From Malacoraja senta (lineage: Eukaryota), in contig CM075999.1 of NCBI GenBank assembly GCA_038087875.1, positions 4,404,001 through 4,468,000 of the forward strand: a stretch of 64,000 nucleotides of DNA, given 5' to 3'. Below are positions 13,380-28,593 of the stretch, one piece after another; the stretch's first letter is position 1; the number at the start of each line of letters is the position of its first letter. The notes under the pieces are model-generated. The model saw nothing but the letters and a program-made list of their open reading frames with translations, did not search any database and was not told the origin of the DNA. A program made the position numbers and the translations under genes.

Positions 13380-14356
13380 TTAGATTATCATAAACCACAG
13401 CAACGTAGCCCAAAATTATGTACAGGATATTTGTGAACAGAAAGAATTTCAAATTACCAAAAGTAGTGCTTCAAGCTATTCATAAAAAGTGTAACTAATA
13501 GATAAAGTTTGTTTTGAAGTAGTAGCAGGGGTCACTGCAGGAAATGCACCTGGCAAGATGCCACAATAATTTTGCCATCAGAAGTGAAGGCATGGAATTA
13601 ACACAGATGACATGAAACAAATGGATGTAAAAGGTCACTTTTCAAACATGAAAATCCATCAGTGGCACTATCCAGAATTACTGCATTTATGAATAACTTG
13701 CACAAGCAATCCAGAACTCTTCAAGTTTATATATTACTGTTGACGTGGGAAAAGATAAATGAGTAAAACAATATGGTTTTTTTATACAGCAGTCATATAT
13801 ACAAATCACCTGCTCCTTCATTTGCTAATTTAAGAAATCTGGTTGGTATGGATCAGAGGATGTGGTAGAGGCCGGATTACTTGAAACAATTAAGACATTT
13901 GGACTAGATACATGGATTGGGATGGTTTAGGGGATATGGGCTAAATGCAGGCAAATGGGACTAGCTTCGGAAGGCACCTTGGTCGGCATGTAAAGTTAGG
14001 CTGAAGAGCAGTGTTGTACTATGAACAATAATGGTGTTAATTTACTCCTTCAAAATGACACCACCTTTCTTCATAAATCACATTTTACCAAAACTTGTGT
14101 ACAAACCCCTTCACCTGATTACTCACTTTCCCCATTACTGTTGGGGAATAATGAACAATTTGATGCACTTTCATTTACACATCAAACAGAAAGGAAATCT
14201 GCATTTGGTAAATTCATTGATGCATAACCAATTCACCATCTAAACAAATTTGAGAGTTATTAGTACAGAAAATATAAAACATTTCATCTCGCTATCCTGT
14301 GGACTAAATAATTAAATAGTGGACTAAAGTACTAAATAAAGCCAGTACGACATTTA

Positions 14357-14521
<165 letters not shown>

Positions 14522-14799
14522 TCAAATTTTATATTTTCTCCCAAATAGCAGAGCATGAAACTAGAAATGTTCATTTATCTACAGGGCTAGCAACTTGGAA
14601 CATGATACACAGAAAAAGACCCCAAGCCCTTGGCTGAAGACAAAATTAAACACGGGTTTTTAAAATGTTTATTAACTGCAGCATTATCAGAGATTTCTGT
14701 CAATTATTTTAGGTGAGCAATTAATGCTGCTGGCACAAACTTTGTGGGCAAATACTTACCTCACTAAAACTTTTCAAATGTAGACAGAATTTTGGTTTT

Positions 14800-15460
14800 G
14801 ACAGAGACAGGTGAATTCATAATGGGAGACAAAGAAATGGCAAAACAGTTAAACAAGTACTTTGGTTCTGTCTTCATTGAGGAAGATACAAACAATCTCC
14901 CAGAAATCTAGTGGGGACCGAGGATCTAGTGGAAGGGAGGAACTGAAGGGAATCCATATTAGTCAGGAAATGGTGTTAGGTAAGCCGGTGGGACTGAAGG
15001 CAAATAAATCCCCAGGGCCTGATGGTTTGCATTCAAGAGTACTCAAGGAGGTGGCCCTACAAATCGTGGATGCATTGGTGATCAGTTCCTGTGGACTGGA
15101 GGGGAGCCAATGTAACCCCACTTTTTAAGAAAGGCAAGGAAAATGGAGAATTATAGACCCAGTTAGCCTTATATCGGTAGTGGGTAAGATGCTTGAGTCG
15201 ATTGTTAAAGATGTTACAACAGCGCGTCTGGAAAGCAGTGAGATGATCGGTCAAAGTCAACATGGATTTATGAAAGGGAAATCATGCTTGACTAATCTTC
15301 TGGAATTTAAGAACAGTTTAAGAACAAGGGGTAGGCCATTTAGGACTGAGATGAGGAAAAAAACGTTTTCACCCAAAGAGTTGTGAATCTGTGGAATTGT
15401 CTGCCACAGAAGGCAATGGAGGCCAATTCACTGGATGTTTTCAAGAGTGAGGTAGATTTC
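14800..15460 (+). mobile_element. Internally deleted CR1 fragment
   Basis: KSPGPDGLH and QHGFMKGKSCLTNLLEF motifs. Confidence 0.85.
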
Positions 15461-15870
15461 ATGAATAAGGGGAAAGTTTCAGAATTAAGAACCACTCATT
15501 AAAGACAGACATGGAGGCAAATGACCAAACCAAGTGTGAAGAAAGTAGTTCACCTTCAGAAAGGAAAACTAAGATATTATTTTGTGTGTAGCCTAGTGGG
15601 CAGAATTTGATTTAACCTAGGATAAAACAAAACAAAAAATTCAGCTGGAGACTCTTCACATATGTTACCTGAGGAATTCCAGCAATTACTATTTTATTTC
15701 TGATTTTCAGTATTGCAGTACTTTGCCTTCTTTTAATATGCACTATAGCTACTGTAATTTATTTTAAATTGTCAATCAGCACTGTAACAAGAAATAATAA
15801 AACAGTTGCACCATTAATATTTTTAATCTGACAATTTTATTTAAATGACTCGTAAAAGTTGATGAACTTA

Positions 15871-16032
<162 letters not shown>

Positions 16033-16289
16033 CTAAAGATAATAAGAAAAAAACAGCAACAAGTTAAACCTACAACATGATAACCAATATGTACAACATT
16101 GATAACCAATACATCTACTTCAGTCAGAAGGGTCCCAACTCGAAATGTCACCTATCCATGTTCTCCACAGATGCTGACTGACCAGCTGAGTTACTCTAAT
16201 ATTTTGTGTCCTTTTTTATAAACCAACATCTGCAGTTCCTTTTGTCTAGATCTACTTCTTCAGACAGTTGAGGTGATTTGGCATGTAAC

Positions 16290-16775
16290 AGAAATGTACA
16301 GCGGAGAGCACACTAACTGGTTGCATCACGGCCTGGTTAGGAAATTCAAACGCTCACAAAGTATATGTTACTTGGCACTGACTTCCCCACCGTTGAAGGC
16401 AGTCCCTCAAGAAGGCAGCTAACATCAAAGCCCCACGATATTCTGCCCAGGATCTCTTCTCACTGATACAATTGGGAAGAAGGTATAGGAGCCCTTGACC
16501 TCCACATGCAAGAACTGCTTCTACTTATCAACTATTAGGCTCAACCATTCTGCATAATTCTAACCACAATCCAACCTCGGCACCGAACCATAATGGACTT
16601 TGCACTACTATGTCTGCTCCATATAATTTGATCTTTGACTTTAAGCTGGTCAAGTTTACTTTGAATAACTGATAATTTATTGTACAGTGTTACTGTTGCA
16701 GTTAATGTGCCTGTAAGGCTGCACCAAGTAAGAATGTAATTGTTCCAGTTCATATGACAAATAAACACACTCTTG
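16290..16775 (+). mobile_element. Degenerate Rex1/Babar 3' fragment
   Basis: Similar to Rex1 3' ORF end (gggaagaaggtataggag) and tail tatgacaaataaacacactcttga. Confidence 0.6.
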
Positions 16776-17474
16776 ATTTAGTGCCAACAATGATTTACAC
16801 TCTACATTTTTGCTCTATGTATGATGTTACATACAAACTTATTTTCTTCAATCTCATTAAAGAAACAGAACACTAAATAATAAATGGCATTAAAATAAGC
16901 CGCTGACATGCCAGAGTCAGCTGCTTATTTTCACCCAGAGGGTTGTGAATCTGTGGAATTCTCTGCCTCAGAAGGCAGTGGAGGCCAATTCTCTGGATGC
17001 TTTCAAGAGAGAGTTAGATAGAGGTCTTAGATAGTGGAGTCAAGGGATATGGGGAGAAGGCAGGAACGGGGCTCTGATTATGGATGATCATCCATGATCA
17101 TAGTGAATGACGGTGCTAGCTCGAAGGGCCAAATGGCCTACTCCTGCACCTATTGTCCATTGCATTGTGCAGATATTCAAGAATCAATTATTTTTGCAAC
17201 AAACTATAATAGTCACATTTAAGAACCAAAATTAAGATGCATGGCCAGTAAATAACATGTTAATATATTCGTGGCTCCTCACATTAAATACATTAAATTA
17301 TGTAATTGCCAAATTGTGTAATAAAAGAGCAACATTATTTAGGTAGGAATTATTAGCTAACAAGACTTAAGTCATTGAATTATATGGAATATACAACACA
17401 AACAATTATTGAAGCATATTTATACCATTAGTATGAAGCACCCTGTGGTAGCAGTTGAAATTAAAAGAAACAGC

Positions 17475-17742
17475 ATGGAAACACCGAATCCTGCCAACCC
17501 TTTCATATTAGTTATCCCATCTTTGCATCCACTCCCGACAAACAAGAGGTTAATTTACAGCGAGCAATTAACCTACAAACCCACACATCGCTGGGATGTG
17601 GGAGGAAGCCAGAGCACCCAGAGGAAACCCAGTCACAGGGAGAACGTGCAAACTGCACCGACAGCATCCAAGGTCAGGATCGAACCCAGGACTCTGACGC
17701 TATGTGGCAGCGGCTCTACCAGCTGCTGCACTGTGCCACCCC
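17475..17742 (-). mobile_element. HE1-type V-SINE, diverged
   Basis: GGGTGGCACAGTGCAGCAGCTGGTAG head and GGGTTCGATCCT B box on minus strand. Confidence 0.8.
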
Positions 17743-17805
17743 ATTACTAACAGCTATTCAAAGTAATATTATAAATTGATTACATCTTTTGCTCTCCATA
17801 AATCA

Positions 17806-17973
<168 letters not shown>

Positions 17974-18339
17974 CTAATGAACAAACCAAACACTAATCAA
18001 AGCATACAATTCTAATGTACGAGTACATAACTTATGTAAGAAGGAACTGCAAATGCTGGTTTAAACTGAAGATGGACACAAAAAGTTGGAGTCACTCAGC
18101 GGGACAGGCAGCATCTCTGGAGGGAAGGGTCTCGTCCCGAAACGGCACTCATTCCTTCTCTTCAGAGATGCTGCCTGTTCCGCTGAGTTACTCAAACTTT
18201 GTATCTATCTTAGCTTTTAACTTATTAAAATAAAGTTTATTTACAAGCTCAAATATCTTCAAATGTTAAAATTGTGCTAACTTTACGGAGTACAGCAAAG
18301 ATGGATTGCTTCAGAGTTCTAATAATTTTAAAAAACAGA

Positions 18340-19300
18340 ATATTATGAGCAAGGCCCGCCTTTACTGCCTGTCAAAAGGTGGTGGCCATAGAACACCTTG
18401 AACCACTGCAGCTCTTCTAGTTATTCTAATGCTGTTGTTGGGTAGATGGTTGCATGATTTAGACCTGGCGACGATGAAATACCAGCAATATATTTTCGAG
18501 TCAGGATGGTGTACAACTTGGAGAGCAACCAGCAAGTAGTAATGTGCTCATGTATCTGCTGCCCATGCCTCCCTTGTTCCATGAAGCAATGTCACAAGAT
18601 CCACAATACATTCTGTCAATGGTGCACACTGCAATTATTGGGTTTAGTTGGGGTAGACAATGAAAAGTTTAGGTTGGTGATTGAAGTGTCCGTGAAGTGC
18701 GCTACTTTGAGCTTCGAGTGCTGTTGCAGCTGCACATATCCAGTTCATTGAAAACCATTGCGTCACGCCCCGAGTGGTGCTATGATGATGGTGGTCATGA
18801 GTCACTCGCTGATGGATACCCAACCTTTCAACTATTATCGTTACACAGTATTTATCCGTTGATCCAGTTGATTCACGACCATCGGCACACCCCCACCAGA
18901 ATGTTAATGGTGGGGAACCAGGCAAAGGCAATGCCAGTTAAATTCTCGTTCATGGCACAGATGTTATTTGCCACTAATCAGCCCATGCTAGGTGTGACTG
19001 CATACAAGCACGGACTACTTCATATGTGGTGAAGTTGAGAACGGAATTGAACATTGTGCTCCCAGTCAGCATCCCTGTGTCTAATCTGAAGCTGCGGTTG
19101 GTTCATCTTTGATCACTGCTGTGAGCAACTCATGTCCTGGGGCCAAAATGACTGACCTCGGATATCAAGCATTTTCCTTTGTGCAAAGTCTGACTCTGAT
19201 CACGGGAACATTTCCCCATGCGCTCATTTTACTAGGAGAGTTTGGGTCAAGACTGTGCTGAGGTCTGGAGTTGAATGGTTCTTGAGAAAAACCATAACAG
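18340..19300 (-). mobile_element. Ancient degraded LINE (CR1/L2 group)
   Basis: Decayed sequence resembling shark LINE 3' regions; no intact ORF. Confidence 0.45.
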
Positions 19301-20422
19301 ATGGGTTTGTCCTCCCAGAGGAACAATTGCAATGAACGACTCTGGTATACGGACTTTAGCGCACCAACAATTGTTGGTTAGCATGCAACAAAAGCTTTTC
19401 ACTGTACCTCAATATACATGACAAGAAACAACTAACTTTTGTGCACGATTCTGAGTATGATAATGTGACGCTATGGATTGATCAATTTGTAGTGCAGCTA
19501 TCCAATTTAAATATAATTTCCAGAGGCAAACATTTAAGATAAAGTGGGCTGGGAATTACTTTACCATGGTCAAATTCCATGTGAGAGTCTGCTTGGTTAT
19601 ATTCTTTCTCCTTTTGAAAACTACAGCAATGATACAACCAAGTGGCTTGTTATGCTACTTTGGACATCATTCAGGCATCCATCGTATGAATGGTCATATG
19701 ATGGCCAGCAAGAATGGCTAATGAATTCCCCTCAGGGATACATGTCAACCAGATGAAATTAACAGCAATCTATATTCATTGTATTCAGCAATCAGGAAGT
19801 TGAAGAGAAATATTACATATTCTGTTGTGCTGCTGCAAGTAAGAATTTCTTTGTTCTATCTGGGTAATATGACAATAAAACACACTCGACGCTTGAAGAT
19901 ACAACCGTGTTTAAAAGGTGTTTGGAAAGATACCTGGATATGAAAAACTTAGAGGGACGGGCCTAAAGCCAGCAAATTGGATTACTGTCAAAATGGATAT
20001 ATGGCTGAAAGGGCCCGTTTCTGGATCGTTAGTCCAAGTGCCTGGATTACCAGTTTGGAAACTAAACCACTACATCATGACTGTACCCATTGCCAGGTTG
20101 TCATGGGTTATGGAGAAAGGGCAGGAGGATACAGTTGAGAGACTAGGATAAATCAGGCTTGATTGAATGGCAGAGTAGACTCATGGGCAGAATGGCCTGA
20201 TTCTGCTCCGATGACTCATGAACGGATGATCAAATATGATAAGGAAAACTGTACACAGAATTACTGCATGATGAGACTCTACATCTTTAGACTCAGCCTG
20301 AAGTGCATATCAGGGTGGAATGACGCACGGCTGAAAGGCCATAAACATTTGACATCTAAGTTTTGTTTCAACAGTGCCCTGTATTTTTTTCTGATATTAG
20401 TGAAATGCAACACTTTCTACTA

Positions 20423-20665
<243 letters not shown>

Positions 20666-21014
20666 TTATAAACAGAAAAGACTTGCATTGTCAGTATATT
20701 AAACCCAACATATAGTAAATTAAAGATCTCTTTAAATTAATAATGTTACCATCTTAAGCATCACTTGATATCCCATAGTTTCAAGTGCCTTTTCACTGTA
20801 TGTTGGCGAATATTAGGCGAAGACAAGATTAGACTAAATTGACCTTCCCATTCCTCGACTTACATTTGAACTAGGCAGCAGTGAAATGCCAACATGGGAA
20901 ACATCACTCACAACATCATGCACCGATGGAAAAGTTGCAGTCAACCCTTTTAATTAGGTTCTTATTTATGACTGAACACATATAATACATGGACTTTGGC
21001 TACATTTGTTAGTT

Positions 21015-21436
21015 GAACTCGCTAGAATTTAGAAGATTGAGGGGGGATCTTATAGAAACTTACAACATTCTTAAGGGGTTGGACAGGCTAGATGCAGGAA
21101 GATTGTTACCGATGTTGGGGAAGTCCAGAACAAGGGGTCACAGTTTAAGGATAAGGGGGAAGTCTTTAAGGACCGAGATGAGAAAAACATTTTTCACACA
21201 TAGAGACTGGTGAATCTCTGGAATTCTCTGCCACAGAAGGTAGTTGAGGTCAGTTCATTGGCTATATTTAAGAGGGAGTTAGATGTGGCCCTTGTGGCTA
21301 AAGGGATCAGGGGGAATGGAGAGAAGGCAGGTACGGGATACTGAGTTGGATGATCAGCCATGATCATATTGAATGGCAGTGCAGGCTCGAAGGGCCGAAT
21401 GGCCTACTCCTGCACCTATTTTCTATGTTTCTATGA
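21015..21436 (+). mobile_element. Young CR1 3' end
   Basis: SLEFRRLRGDLIETY ORF and full tail nearly identical to 8430-8845. Confidence 0.92.
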
Positions 21437-21482
21437 ATAGCTGTGCAAAGGAACTAAATTGGTGGGAAACTTCTTCATCTTA

Positions 21483-21770
<288 letters not shown>

Positions 21771-22319
21771 TTACATGACAGATTATCCAGCAAATTTGAG
21801 TTTTTTTTAATACAGAAAAATGTCCCATAAAATAAAAATTCACTTGTACCCATACCACCCCTACTTTCAACCAGTGTTGCTGGCTTCAAAGTGACTTGGG
21901 CAGCTGTAAAATAGTTATAAACACACAACCCTCATCAACATCCATAGATTCTATCACTTATCTACATACATAGGACAACTTACAGCAGCCAATTAACCTA
22001 CCAGCCTGCATGTTTTTGATATATCGGAGGAATCATCCCTCCGGGGATGAATAAAGTTTTATCGTATAGTATTAAGGAGAATTACAAGGGGTCAGGAATA
22101 GAACCCGGTGAAAATAAAGAACTGCAGATAATGGAAATCTGAAAGAAAATAACCCAGATGATCCTGGAAAAACTTAACAGGTCATTCTGCATCTGTAGGA
22201 AGAGAAGCAGCTAAAGTTACAGGTCAAGAACCACTCATCAGAAGTGGGAAAGGGTCAAAGGAAGCTTGTTAACCTGGAGGGTGCATGGGGCAGGAAGTGC
22301 AGGGTAGAACTAGTGAGAC

Positions 22320-23446
22320 CATGGACACTGTCATCCCCGCTAGCTTGATCACCAAACTCAGCGGACTTGGCATCTCCACCTCCCTCTGCAATTGGACACT
22401 GGATTTCCTTACCAACAGACCAGTCTGTTAGGGTCAACAACCTCACCTCCTCCACTATAACACTGAACACCGGCGTGCCACAGGGCTGTGTGCTCAGCCC
22501 TCTCCTCTACTCCCTCTTCACCCATGACTGCATCCCTAAGAATGGCTCCAACGCCATCATTAAATTTGCTGACGATACCACGGTGGTAGGACTGATCAGT
22601 GACAACGATGAGTCAGCCTACAGGGAGGAGGTCCAGCACCTGGCAGTCTGGTGTGCCAACAATAACCTCGTCCTCAACTCCATGAAGACGAAGGAAATTA
22701 TTGTTGACTTCAGGAAGAACAGAGGGGGCAGACATATCCCCATCCATATAAACGGGACTGAGGTGGAGCGCGTCTCCAACTACAAATTCCTCGGGGTACA
22801 CATCTCGGAGGATTTATCCTGGTCCCTCAATACCTCCAAACTGATCAAGAAGGCGCAGCAGCGCCTTTACTTCCTGAGGAGGCTCAAGAAAGCTCACCTG
22901 TCCCCCCAGATCCTGACCAACTTTTACCGCTGTACCATCGAAAGCATCCTGACCACCTGCATCACAGCATGGTACAGTAGTTGCACGGTAGCTGACAGGA
23001 AGGCACTACAACGGGTGGTGAAGACTGCTCAGTACATCATCGGTGCCCCGCTCCCTGAAATGGATGCCCTCCACCGAAAACGGTGTCTGAGACGGGCCGG
23101 GAAGATCATCAAGGACCCCTCCCACCCTAACCATGGACTGTTTGCCCTCCTCCCATCAGGGAGGCGGTACAGAAGCCTCAGGTCTCGTACATGCAGGATG
23201 AGGATCAGCTTCTTTAACAACACTATCACATTGCTGAACTCGGAGTCCCGCCGATAGATTTCTCTAGTCTCTCCATCCACATTGTTTGCTCATTCTGTAT
23301 TTTATTCTGTATATTGTTCTTATTCTGTGTTTTTATTTCTATATTGCAATATTGCTACGAGCAGACGCTAGACTGCATTTCGTTGTACCCATACTTGTAT
23401 CTGTGCAATGACAATTAAAGTTGAATTGAATTGAATTGAATTGAAT
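22320..23446 (+). mobile_element. Rex1/Babar LINE, 5'-truncated, open RT C-terminal ORF (296 aa)
   Basis: [48 protein letters not shown]; (GAATT)n tail. Confidence 0.93.
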
Positions 23447-24474
23447 GACCTGTAGACAATGTTATCTGGTCTCACACTCACTTGACCTTATATACAGTTC
23501 TTTGGTCCATGTTTAGACCAAAGGCATGTAAGATTAGCACCAGGAAGTCCTGGTAAAAGTCAAAAAGACTGAGTGTAAGAATCAGGAAGTGATGTTACAA
23601 ACAGCTTTACAAATCTTGTTGGCCATATTTGGAGTATGGCGTGCAGTTCTGGTTGCCGCATTGGAGGAAGGATGTGGAGGTTTTGGAGAGGGTACAGAAG
23701 AGGTTTACCAGGATGCTGCCCGAATTAGAGGGTACCAGCTGTAAGGAGCGATTGGATAAACTTGGATTGTTTTCACTGGAGTGCTTGAGACCGAGGGAGT
23801 GGACATGATGAGAAGTATATTTAGGTAGACGGTCCGAATTTTATTCCGCCCAGGCAGCGCATAGCTTTAAGGTGTGAGGGAAAAGATTTAAAGGGGTTAT
23901 GCAAAGAAAGTTTTCTTCTTTTGCACAGAGCAGTAGCTGCTGTCAGGGATGCAGGTGGAAGCAGATACGATAGTGGAGTTTAAGAGGATTTTTGACAGAC
24001 ACATGAATATGCAGGGAATGGAAGGATATGGATCATGTTCAGACTGAAGGGATTAGTGTAATTTGACACCGTGTCTGGCAGTGACATTGTTCTATGTTCA
24101 TCTGTCTATTACCAGGCTTTTGAAAAGTATTTATCATTTCCCTCAAGTTCTTTAATTCATTTGCCGAACTGCTTATTGGGAACAAATTACTGGTGAGAGT
24201 ACACATTCTACTGTTAACAATCCATATTAAATTTTGGAAACAAGCAACTGCAGATGCTGGTTTACCAAGGAAAGACACAAAATGCTGGAGTAACTTAGCG
24301 GGTCAAGCAGCACCCCTGGAGAACATGGATAGGTGACATTTTGGGATGGGACCCATCTAAAGAAGGGTCCCGACCCGAAATGTCATTTATCCATTTTGCC
24401 TGATCTGTTGAGTTACTCCAGCATATCCTGCCAGAAAGTGGAATCTCAAGATACATAGTGCACATGTTTGTTTA

Positions 24475-24735
<261 letters not shown>

Positions 24736-25439
24736 TTATGTTGCTGCTATTCTACCACTGGACCACAATTTATTTCATACCAAATAGAAATTGTTTTACT
24801 TATAATAAAAGCAGTCACTGAAATTTACATTTTCGTCTCTTGGCTACATTGCATAACTCCCATTAGACACATTAGAAAGCTGCACATCTCCATTTGCCCA
24901 TTAAACAGCAGCGTTTCCTCTAAATAATTTAGGATACCATGCGGGACACAGGCAAAAGCAAGTGGAACTAGCTAAAGTGAAAGGATTGCAACTTGGTCAG
25001 TATGAACACGTTGGGCCAAAAGGTCTGTTTCCATGCTGTATAAGTCTGCGATTCTTTGAGTTTTGATGTTGGCCAAAGCAACAGAGAAAGGATAGAAAAT
25101 ATAGTTAGCTAAATGAATAACATTTAAATGTTTAAAAAAAAAGAAACTGGCCTGCTGTTCACCAACATGGTGGTGAGGCAGATGCCTGGAGCAGATCATC
25201 CAGTCAATACCTTGACTAAGAATTAACTGCATATAAAATCTGGGAGCAAAAGTGTTTAATTTCTTTGCTTCCATTTAAAAAAAATATAGTTAATTTGGAT
25301 TTGGAAACCACTGCACTTCCAATCCACTGCACCAAGATGGACATTTGCAGAAAAGAGAGCCACAATTTATCATTAGTCCTTCCAGTTGTTTACTCAACCT
25401 ATCGATTTGTTAAGTTCTAAAGTTTTGCAGGTTAAAATC

Positions 25440-28215
25440 ATTCCGAGTCTTACAGCGTGGAAACAGGTCTTTCGGCCAACTTGCCCACACTGGCCACATG
25501 TCCCACCTACACTAGTCCCACTTGCCTGCATTTGTCCTGCATCCCTCTAAACCGGTCCTATCCATGTATCTGTGCAAATGTCTCTTAAACAATGCGTTAG
25601 TACCTACTTCAACTACCTACTCCGGCAGCTCGTCCCATACACCCACCACCCTTTGCGTGAAAAAGTGACCCCTCATGTTCCTATTAAATCTTTCCCCCTC
25701 ACCGTAAGCTTATGTCCTCTGGTTCTCAATTCCCTTACTCTGGGCAAGAGTCTGCATCTACCCAATCTATTCCTCTCATAATTTTGTACACCTCTAGTAG
25801 TGTACAACTTCAGTAGAAGTTGTGATCACTGTCGTAAATAGCATTGTAAGGCACCGTGCCTGTTGATGTTTTCAACAATGATGATGATCTATGAGCACCC
25901 CTCAACCTCCTGCGCTCCAAGGAATAGAGTCCTAGCCTGCTGAACTTCGCTCTACGCCTCAGGCCCTCGACTCCTGGCAACATCCTTGTATATCTTCTCT
26001 ACACCCTTTCCAACAACAGCATCTACAGATGTATAAATGTTCCAGGGATATATAACGAGTAAAAAAGAGGCAAGAGCGGACGGTGGGCCACTGGAGAATG
26101 ATGCAGAAGTGAAAACGGGAAATCAAGAAATGGCAGAGGAATTTAATAACTTTTTTGCATCAGTCTTCACAGTGGAAGGCATTAGCAGTGCGTCTGCAAT
26201 CCTAGAGAGTCAGGGGATGGAAGTTAGTGGAGCAGTGATACTAAGATGCTAGGGAAAGGTCTGAGGTTGGATAAGTCACCTGGATCGGATGGACTGCACC
26301 CCAGGAGGTAGCCTCAGAGATTGTGGAAGCATTAGTTGTGACATTTCAAGAATCACTAGTTAGGAGTGGTTCCTGAAGATTGGAAAATTGCAAATATCAC
26401 CCCGCTGTACAAAGCTGAAGAGTGGAAACTATAGGCCGGTTAGCCCGACTTTAGTCAATTATAAAGGATTAGGCTATGCAGTACTTAGAAGTTCACAACA
26501 AACATGGTTTTGTTAAGGGAAGATCTTGCCTTACGAATCTGCTGGAGTTGTTTGAGGAAGTTAATAGCAGGACGGACAGAGGGGAGGCTGTAGATCTTGT
26601 TTACCTAGATTTTCAGAAGGCCTTCGATAAGGTGCAGCACGTCAAGCTGATCGGTAAGATGAGAGCCCATGGTATAAAAGGGAAGATATTAGCATGGATA
26701 GCGGGTTGGCTGGATGGCAGAAGGCAAAGATTTGCAATAAAAGGCACTCTTTCAGGTTGGCTGCCAGTGACTAGTGGAGATACGCACGAGTCGGTGTGGG
26801 GGGCACTACTCTTCATGTTGTATATTAATGATTTGGATAAGGGGATTGAAGGCTTTGTGAGCAAGTTTGCAGATGATGCTAAGATAGGTGGAGGAGCAGG
26901 CAGTGTAGAGGAAGCAAGGACTCTGCAGAAGGAATTGGACAGGTGAGTAGAGTAGGTAGAGAAGTGGCAGATGAAATTCAGTGTAGTAAAGTGCAGAGTC
27001 ATACATTTTGGTAATAAGAATAAAGGCATAGATTATTTTTTAAATGGAGAATCCAGAAATCAGAGGTGCAAAGGGACTTGGAGTGCTGGTACAGGACACC
27101 CCAAAAGGTTTATTTGCATGTCGAATCAGTAGTAAGGAAGGCAAATTCAATGCTAGCATTTATGATGAAAGAATTGGTCAACTGGGCTTGTATTCACTGG
27201 AATTTAGAAGAATGAGAGGGGATTTATGGAAACATATAAAATTCTTAAGGGATTGGACAGGCTAGAGATAGGAAAAATGTTCCCCATGTTGGGAGAGTCC
27301 AGAACTAGGGTCACAGTTTAAGAATAAGGGGTAGGCCATTTAGGACTGAGATGAGCAAAAACCTTTTCACCCAGAGAGTTGTAAATCTGGGGAATTCTCT
27401 GCCACAGAAGGCTGTGGAGGCCAATTCATTGAATGCTTTCAAGAGAGTTAGATATAGCTCTTCAGGCTAACGGAATCAAGGGACATGGGGAAAAAGCAGG
27501 AACAGGGTACTGATTTTGGATGATCAGCCATGATCATATTGAATGGCAGTGCTGGCACAAAGGGCCATAGGGCCTACTCCCACACCTATTTTCTATATCG
27601 AGGATTGGAGAGATGTAATGCTAAGGCTCTATAAAGCACTGGTCAGGCCGCATTTGGAGTACTGTGAGCAAATATGGGCCCCATATCTGAGGAAGGATGT
27701 GCTGGATCTGGAGAGGGTCCAGCGGCGGCCCACAAGAATGATTCCAAGAATGAGTGGGTCAGCATATGATGAGCATTTGACAACACTGGGCCTCTACTCT
27801 CTGGAGTTTAGAAGGTTGAGGGGGAGGGGGGGGAACGGGCAGGGATCTCATTGAAACTTACAGCATAATGAAAAGACTTGATAGAGTGGATGTGGAAAGG
27901 ATGTTTCCACTGGTGGGAGAATATAGGACCAGAGATCATAGCCTCAGAATTAAAGGGCGCTCCTTTAGAAAGGTGAGGAGGAACTTCTTTAGTCAGTGGG
28001 TAGTTAATCTGTGGAACTCATTACCACAGAGGGCTGTGAACGCCAAGTCTGTGTTTTTTTTTTTAAAGGCAGGGATAGACAAATTCTTGATTAGAACAGG
28101 TGTCAAGGGTTATGGGGAGAAGGCAGGAAAATGGGATTAGGAGGCAGAGATCAGCCATGATTGAATGGCGTAGTCTCGATGGGCCGAATGGCCTAATTCT
28201 ACTCCTATAACGTGA
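25440..28215. mobile_element. Cluster of CR1 fragments (25440-26010 minus; 26035-28215 plus with a nested younger tail at ~27160-27597)
   Basis: ORFs with HGFVKGRSCLTNLLE, YLDFQKAFDKV, KFADD, LVRPHLEYC. Confidence 0.85.
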
Positions 28216-28593
28216 ACATGTTTCTTATAACATGGTGCCCAAAACGGAACACAATACTCTAAATGCGGCCTCACCAACTATACACAATGCTCTGACTGAT
28301 GGAAGGTCAATGTATTGATATAAGCCTCTCCCACAGGCATCTTGATGCACTTTATGAAGGATTACTTTGAAATGCAGCAATTTGAAATACAAGCAAACAG
28401 TAGTCATTTTGTAGTGTCATAAGATAGACAATTCACTTCTTGAGAAACTTTCATCCAAAAATACAAGGACTAGTAAAAGTAGTCAGGCCTGCTCTGTGAT
28501 TCAAGTTCATAGCTTATTGCATCTTTATGTCCACCTACCTTTTGCCTGTTCCCTAGATCCATCTGTAGACCAAAAGATGTTTCAGCTTACACT

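Noticed and set aside
20795..20900. ATGTTGGC...GCCAACAT inverted repeat as intronic snoRNA
   Set aside because: Only 8 bp of pairing; no convincing C/D boxes or two-hairpin H/ACA layout.
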